This document shows positions 48,301-52,060 of a stretch of 52,060 nt of DNA, piece after piece. The translations under genes were made by a program, and so were the position numbers. Each line of letters starts with the position of its first letter. Position 1 is the first letter of the stretch. The stretch comes from Chthoniobacteraceae bacterium (GTDB taxonomy: Bacteria; Verrucomicrobiota; Verrucomicrobiia; Chthoniobacterales; Chthoniobacteraceae). The stretch covers positions 1 to 52,060 of the forward strand of contig JBEBGD010000031.1 of assembly GCA_040081625.1 (NCBI GenBank), written 5' to 3'. The notes below the pieces were generated by a model. That model was not told the origin of the DNA, made no database searches, and saw only the letters and a program-made list of their open reading frames with translations.

Positions 48301-51300
48301 GACCGCGCCCGATGCGAACGAGCGCTTCGGTGCGGGCGGCAGCCTCTTCGGCGACGGCTCGCTGAACGACTACCGTCGCACGACCAGCGCGACCACGACC
48401 GGCGCTGCGCCGACCTTCGACAAGACGCTCTTTTCGACGAGCGATGCGACGACGCTCGGCACCGATGTGACCATCGGCGAGCAGGTGACCTACGCGCTGC
48501 TCGTGACTCTGCCCGAGGGCACGACGACCGGCTTCAACGTGCTCGACACGCTGCCTCCGGGCCTGCGCTACGTGTCGCACACGATCGCCACGACGACCGG
48601 CGCGGGGAATCCGCTCACCACAAACTTTGGCGGCACCGTGCCGGCACCGACGTTCACCGGCGGCGCGACCGACGGCGACGACGTGAACTTCGCTTTCGGT
48701 GCGATCACGACCAACGGCGACAACAACGGGGCGAACAACGCGTTCGCGATCATGATCACCGCCGTCGTGACCGACGTGCCGGCGAACAGCGGCGTCACTC
48801 CGCAGACGACGCTGCCGAACAGCGGCACTTTCTCCGGCGGAGGCATCCCGCCCTTCACCCCGCCGCCAGTGACGGTAACGGTGACGGAGCCGCGCCTGCA
48901 GATCACGAAGGGCGTGGATGACACGACCGCGGATCTCGGGCAGACGCTCACTTACACGCTCACGATCACGCACACCGCGTCGAGCACCGCGGCCGCGTAT
49001 GATCTCATCATCCGCGACGCGATCCCGGCCGGCTTCACGCTGAACACCGGCTCGGTCAACATCGTCGGCGGCACCATCGCAACGAACACGAGCACTGCCT
49101 CGCAGCTCGCGCTGACGATTGATCAATTCAACACCGGCGGCACGATCACGATCACCTACACGGCGGTCGTCGGCACCGCCGCGGCCCTCGGCGGCACGAA
49201 TCAAGACAACAACGTGCGGCTCTATTGGGACACGACCGCCGCCGACACCGGCACGAACACCGTGCTCAACGGCGGGGCCGATGGCGACGACGACCGCGAC
49301 TTCGGTGCGACGCCGGGCTACGTGGAACTCGACACGCCCGCGCCGGACGATCTCGCGCAGGACACCGTGCGTGTGACGGTCAATGGGAACACCGTCAGCG
49401 GCTTTGTGTATCTCGACTCGGACAGCAGCGGCACGCGCAACGGCGCGGAGACCGGCCTCGGCGTGGCGGTGAATGTGACGATCAGCGGCACGACGTTCTT
49501 CGGCGTTCCGTTCTCGCAGACAGTCGCCGCGAATGCTGCGACCGGCGCTTACACCTTCACGAACGTGCCGCGCAGCGATGCGACCGGCTACACGATCACC
49601 GAGACGCAACCGGGGGCCTTCGTCGATGGGATCGAGACGGCGGGGGCGCCGTTTGGCGGGACGACCAACAACGCACTCGGCGCGGATGTGATCGCGAACG
49701 TGGTGGTGCCGGTGGGCAGCAATGCAGGGACGGGCTACAACTTCGGCGAACTGCTCGGGTCGAGCATCAGCGGGTTCACGTATCTGGATTTGAACAACGA
49801 CGGGACCAAGCAGATCGGCGAGACGGGTCTCGGCACTGCGCTGCCGGTGACGCTGACCGGGACGGATATTTTCGGGCAGGCGGTGTCGCTGAGCGGGACG
49901 AGCAATGCGGGGACTGGGGCGTATTCGTTCGCGGATCTGCGTCCGAGCAATGGGAGCGGCTACACGGTCGCGGAGAATGACGCGGCGGTCGTGCCGGCGA
50001 CGTTCTTCGACGGCAGGGATACGGCGGGCTCGCTCGGCGGGACGGTGGTCGGCGGGACGCCGAAGTTCGACGCGATCAATGTGACGGTGGGGCAGAACCA
50101 GGCAGGGACGGCCTACAACTTCGGCGAGATCAACAAGTCCTCGCTCTCGGGCAGCGTGTATGCGGATTTGGACGCGGACGGAGTGTTTGACGCGTTCGAG
50201 AGCGGCGTGGCTGGAGTGACGATCACGCTGACTGGGACGGACGATCAAGGGGCGGCGGTGAACCTGACGGTGACGACCAATGCGAGCGGGGCGTATTCGT
50301 TTGCGAACCTGCGTCCGAGCGATGTGGCTGGCTATACGATCACCGAGACGCAGCCGGCGGATTATCTCGACGGCGCGGACACGATCGGGACGCCGGGCGG
50401 GACGACGAACAACGATTCGTTCACCGCGGTGGTGCTGGTCGCGGGGACGAACGGGGTGAACAACAACTTTGGCGAAGCGCCGAACTTCACGCTGACCAAG
50501 ACGCTGGTGGGCACGAGCAGCGCGGGGACGAGCGGGAGCAACGTGGCCATCGGGGAAGTGGCGACGTTCCGACTGGTGGTGACGATCCCTGCGGGATCGC
50601 TGACGGACTTCCAGGTGCAGGACTTCCTGCCCGCGGGTTACGCGTTTGTAAATGGGAGCGCGCGTGCCGGGTTGGTGGGTGCGGTGACGAGCAGCACGAT
50701 CGTGGCGCCGCTGGCTGGGATCGGCTCGACGCCTGGCTTCGTGCTGGGCGACGCGGCGGTGTCGAACAACTCGACGACCAACAACGACGCTTACGCGAGC
50801 GGGACGGACGTGTTCTTCAAGTTCGGCAACCTGAGCAACCCGGACACGACGGCGGCGGTGGAAGCAATCGTGATCGAGTTTGACGCTGTGGTGGTGAACG
50901 AGGCAGCGAACGTCGCGGGCGTGACTCTGACGAACAACTTCGGGGTGCTTTACGATCGCGATGGCAACCCCGGGCCGGAGCCTGATCCGAACCCGCCGGG
51001 CGTGCCGCCGACTGTGACGACGACCGTCGTCGCGCCGGTGCTGACTCTGACGAAGAACGCGACGCCGATCGGTGCAGTGGGTGCGGGCGACCCGATCACC
51101 TACACGCTGACGTTCACGAATATCGGCGGCGCCTTCGGCACGACCGGGTTCGACGCGCTGATCACCGACACGATGCCTGCGGACATCCTGATCACGAGCA
51201 TCAACAGCACGGTGCTCGCGGGTGGGGCGACGACCGACAACGCGGCGGCGATCACCGGTGGCGGCACGGGCCTGAGCGGGCAATACGACATCCCGGTCGG

Positions 51301-52060
51301 AGGATCGGTGACCATTACTTACACCGGCACGGTGCAGGTGACCGCGGCGATTGGCAGCACGCAGATCAACAACGCGGCGCTGACCTGGACGACGATCAAC
51401 GGTGGCAACTCGCTGACCCCGGACAGCGGCGAGCGCTTCGGGGCGGCGGGGACATTGTTTGGCGACGGGAACTTGAACAACCTGCGGCGCATCGCGAGCC
51501 AGACGGTGACGGTGGGCACCGCGGCGTTCGACAAGCAACTCTTCGGGACGAGCGATCCGGCGACGCCGGGGACCAGCGTCGGGATCGGCGAAAGCGTGAC
51601 GTATGCGCTGATCGTGACGATCCCCGCGGGGACGGCGCCATCGCTTTCGATTATCGACACGCTGCCGGTTGGGTTGCAGTTCGTGAGTTCGTCGATCGTG
51701 ACGACGGTGGCTGGGAGCAATGGTTTCCTGACTGCGAACTTCAACGGCACGGTGCCTGCGCCGACCGTCACTGGCGGCGTTGCGGACGGCGATGATGTGA
51801 CATTCAACTTCGGCGCGATCACCGCGAACGCGGACGGCATCCCGACGAACAACACGTTCCTGGTGCTGGTGACGGCGCGGGTGACGGACATCGCCGGCAA
51901 CGAAGGCATCCTGCCCGGGCAGACGATGCTCGACAACGTGGCGGAGTTCGACATCCCCGGCGACGGGGTGCCGCCGAGCACGCCGCCGCCGGTGACGGTG
52001 ACGGTGGTCGAGCCTGTGCTGGTGATCGACAAGGAGTTCAACGTGACGCAGGCGGACGCT
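42359..52060 (+). CDS. Giant repetitive surface adhesin (partial, >3,234 aa): LEPRxLL-type leader, SBBP-type propeller region, GEVED domain, SdrD_B-like and DUF11/isopeptide-type Ig repeats
   Basis: Manual translation from ATG 42359: MSRRKLLLETIEDRILCDA; FQENVGQF...PLVIDPSIAWSTY; STYLGG-type repeats; DYGDAP (44693) to GEVEDY (45191); TETQPAGY..G...NNNFGE modules; TK...GDxVxYTI...DxLP modules; same frame at every point checked through VIDKEFNVTQADA at the window end. Confidence 0.92.
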   Translation, partial: MSRRKLLLETIEDRILCDAAPQVDPAALKAAEAAGAVQVAADAVAALEAAPAASTDAAAPLPEGATASAQLTDEQRAAIENVVRDSTNKIGFQENVGQFAPDVRYGFRTQFGGMLVYDDHISVLSNQTDPVTGEVGVHTVNIDFTGSSPWQIVPGGESGVFGSYQQADGTALTPQIYKEITLRNVYDGVDLRVYSAEQGILEFDWLVARAQDYEKIRLNFTGQDGVVFNADGSATLDLRFQDLVLKIPEVYQVIDGQKHLLGAAMVAGEQAGEMRYSLIGDIVADQPLVIDPSIAWSTYFELNNAGFDSYLYGIAINANGVYAFGWARETITNGSFGNYMEVNAGFSQGTAANQNYIYRLNTLGTNVTAWTSTGILEGTTEPSDIELFPDGRVLALFANGQMQIYSANLGTQHYTGEPVALSFGNSLAIVSDTVFYVGGLVSAAIPAGQLAAANIGPDTVFAGGSEGVIIRYGTATATPTATWGTYVGGNSTENFTSVALTPNGTKLVFATHSNVGAAYPGLVNAVDAVVSGATELLVGVLNEQATRPAAFDVFSYLGGTSDEGTTGNNTAAAVVTAVNGGFWVGGNTASNNLPGTAGSAQTANGGGTSDSFASYIPINGSAGTGFRSTYLGGGGNELIGGIAYDPLRDRLFLFGTTTGSFPTVDTVPTSIYYDSTFGGGTLDIFIATFDGALLTKPYATYIGGAQNDYLGDTGRLLGQGHVTYSPVTDQVYLATTVHSILPANVIGPTIPGKDTTRTNPETAGADAHVVFAFNISIYDYGDAPATYEAGNPGGEAISLFIRLGATVDAEATAQSGVLATGDDLFNTGAPDDEDGIATLPLMFATDTSYSVTVSALNNTGSAKTLQGWIDFNLDGVFAANERATVSVPANVAQQSVVLTWATLPGIVAGQSYVRLRFSETVLTDNGATTIDERSIGANTFAAGHGEVEDYALTINAVSSLSGFVYSELNANTTKDAFEGGIPGVTVTLTGTDIRGNAVNQSTTTNAAGQYTFSNLIASNGTGYTLTETQPAGYNDGPDTIGTPGGVTGADAFSLIVLNPGVNGANNNFGESPVFGLTKSLQTTSVAGTTGSNLAIGETATFRLVATIPAGSFTNFQLQDALPNGFQYVNGSAVVALVSSAGQLTSSTLAGAGLAQTSVGTPTFVMPDAAVSNNSTTNVDTYTSGADVFFKLGNLTNAETTAVVESVVIEFQAVVVNELANQAGGTLANTFSVIFDKDGAGAPDPHGGSSNTVTSTLVEPVLGVTKALVVSGTDAGDAVQYTITITNAGGNNATAYDINVLDLLDTDILLNDVTLGSGIVVAGATVTSNTSTTSNLNLVLDALAAGSSLTITLNAQVAATAPAGSTVTNSTNITWTSTPGANANERNGGGGVNDYANSAASATFVLARPTVDKLTPSDTTYSIGETVTYDVLVTIPEGVTTGLAITDNLPAGLTFVSVAVQTAAGGVLANAFAGTVPAPVTSNVGNSYTFTFGNTTATGDNDGTNNSFLVRVTGRIGNVAGNQDAVTLTNTATLAYADGTLGATTVNDPTPNVSITVVEPVLTLDKATIGTTTGLDAGDTVQYSITITNTGTATAHETLLSDALPAGLLVTTIDSTTPAGGASVDTATGGTGTATLTGEYTIPVGGSITIVYTATLQSSVTPNTDFINTATVTYTSVDGTALGQGTPTGERNGSGGINDYVLIDTAQVSTGGVLTVAKGVNNSTPSIGDVLTYTVTLTLNEGTTNGIVVTDTLPVNGDLQFVPGSGAISFGTAGSSISGSTVPAISGANSNVLTFTLGTAVVPAGAGANTVVLTYQVVVANVTTNQAGDMEANSASVVATNLPPPPPGTTTVTLREPNVTFTKNADVTSNVDAGDVITYTVVLTNPGGANASTAFDSLLVDTMPANLLVTGISSTVLAGGATTDSAAAITGGGAGLTGQYDIPVGATVTIVYTATVQTSFPTNGSLTNAAVLTWTSVNGGNSTAPDANERFGAGGSLFGDGSLNDYRRTTSATTTGAAPTFDKTLFSTSDATTLGTDVTIGEQVTYALLVTLPEGTTTGFNVLDTLPPGLRYVSHTIATTTGAGNPLTTNFGGTVPAPTFTGGATDGDDVNFAFGAITTNGDNNGANNAFAIMITAVVTDVPANSGVTPQTTLPNSGTFSGGGIPPFTPPPVTVTVTEPRLQITKGVDDTTADLGQTLTYTLTITHTASSTAAAYDLIIRDAIPAGFTLNTGSVNIVGGTIATNTSTASQLALTIDQFNTGGTITITYTAVVGTAAALGGTNQDNNVRLYWDTTAADTGTNTVLNGGADGDDDRDFGATPGYVELDTPAPDDLAQDTVRVTVNGNTVSGFVYLDSDSSGTRNGAETGLGVAVNVTISGTTFFGVPFSQTVAANAATGAYTFTNVPRSDATGYTITETQPGAFVDGIETAGAPFGGTTNNALGADVIANVVVPVGSNAGTGYNFGELLGSSISGFTYLDLNNDGTKQIGETGLGTALPVTLTGTDIFGQAVSLSGTSNAGTGAYSFADLRPSNGSGYTVAENDAAVVPATFFDGRDTAGSLGGTVVGGTPKFDAINVTVGQNQAGTAYNFGEINKSSLSGSVYADLDADGVFDAFESGVAGVTITLTGTDDQGAAVNLTVTTNASGAYSFANLRPSDVAGYTITETQPADYLDGADTIGTPGGTTNNDSFTAVVLVAGTNGVNNNFGEAPNFTLTKTLVGTSSAGTSGSNVAIGEVATFRLVVTIPAGSLTDFQVQDFLPAGYAFVNGSARAGLVGAVTSSTIVAPLAGIGSTPGFVLGDAAVSNNSTTNNDAYASGTDVFFKFGNLSNPDTTAAVEAIVIEFDAVVVNEAANVAGVTLTNNFGVLYDRDGNPGPEPDPNPPGVPPTVTTTVVAPVLTLTKNATPIGAVGAGDPITYTLTFTNIGGAFGTTGFDALITDTMPADILITSINSTVLAGGATTDNAAAITGGGTGLSGQYDIPVGGSVTITYTGTVQVTAAIGSTQINNAALTWTTINGGNSLTPDSGERFGAAGTLFGDGNLNNLRRIASQTVTVGTAAFDKQLFGTSDPATPGTSVGIGESVTYALIVTIPAGTAPSLSIIDTLPVGLQFVSSSIVTTVAGSNGFLTANFNGTVPAPTVTGGVADGDDVTFNFGAITANADGIPTNNTFLVLVTARVTDIAGNEGILPGQTMLDNVAEFDIPGDGVPPSTPPPVTVTVVEPVLVIDKEFNVTQADA

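Noticed and set aside
42362..51538. 3058-aa minus-strand ORF in the track
   Set aside because: Arg/Val/His-rich antisense shadow of the plus-strand adhesin, which has recognisable domains
45420..52060. Repeats as a CRISPR array or DGR template/variable pair
   Set aside because: They are long in-frame protein-domain duplications with mostly synonymous, not adenine-specific, differences; no cas or reverse transcriptase gene in the window
1..52060. tRNA, rRNA, integrase or transposase genes
   Set aside because: None recognisable in the sequence or ORF translations

Overview
High-GC bacterial chromosomal window. Gene content (LEPRxLL-type leader, RRFYRV C-terminal motif, sulfatase, heptamer repeats) suggests Verrucomicrobiota/PVC; this is inference. 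0-23.7 kb holds housekeeping and accessory genes: LysM protein, glgA, class-III aminotransferase, a stand-alone nuoA, ruvA, thrC, mutarotase, PafA-like phosphatase, TlpA, HGSNAT-like protein, sulfatase, PhyH, Gfo/Idh/MocA with AraC, GNAT and an FAD oxidoreductase. 23.7-33.5 kb is a complete minus-strand operon of ABC transporter, two DUF1989 proteins, urea/guanidine carboxylase and allophanate hydrolase, preceded by a near-consensus sigma-54 promoter and no recognisable guanidine riboswitch. 33.7-52.06 kb is the most striking locus: a type-I-secretion-like cluster with no ABC transporter in the window. It comprises TolC, three different HlyD-type adaptors (one GAF-fused, one fused to a PqqD/RRE-like domain plus an M50 membrane protease) and a C-terminally truncated SecA-like ATPase. 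It sits beside a >3,200-aa adhesin gene (42359 to past the window end, absent from the ORF track) that begins with a LEPRxLL-type leader instead of a Sec signal.
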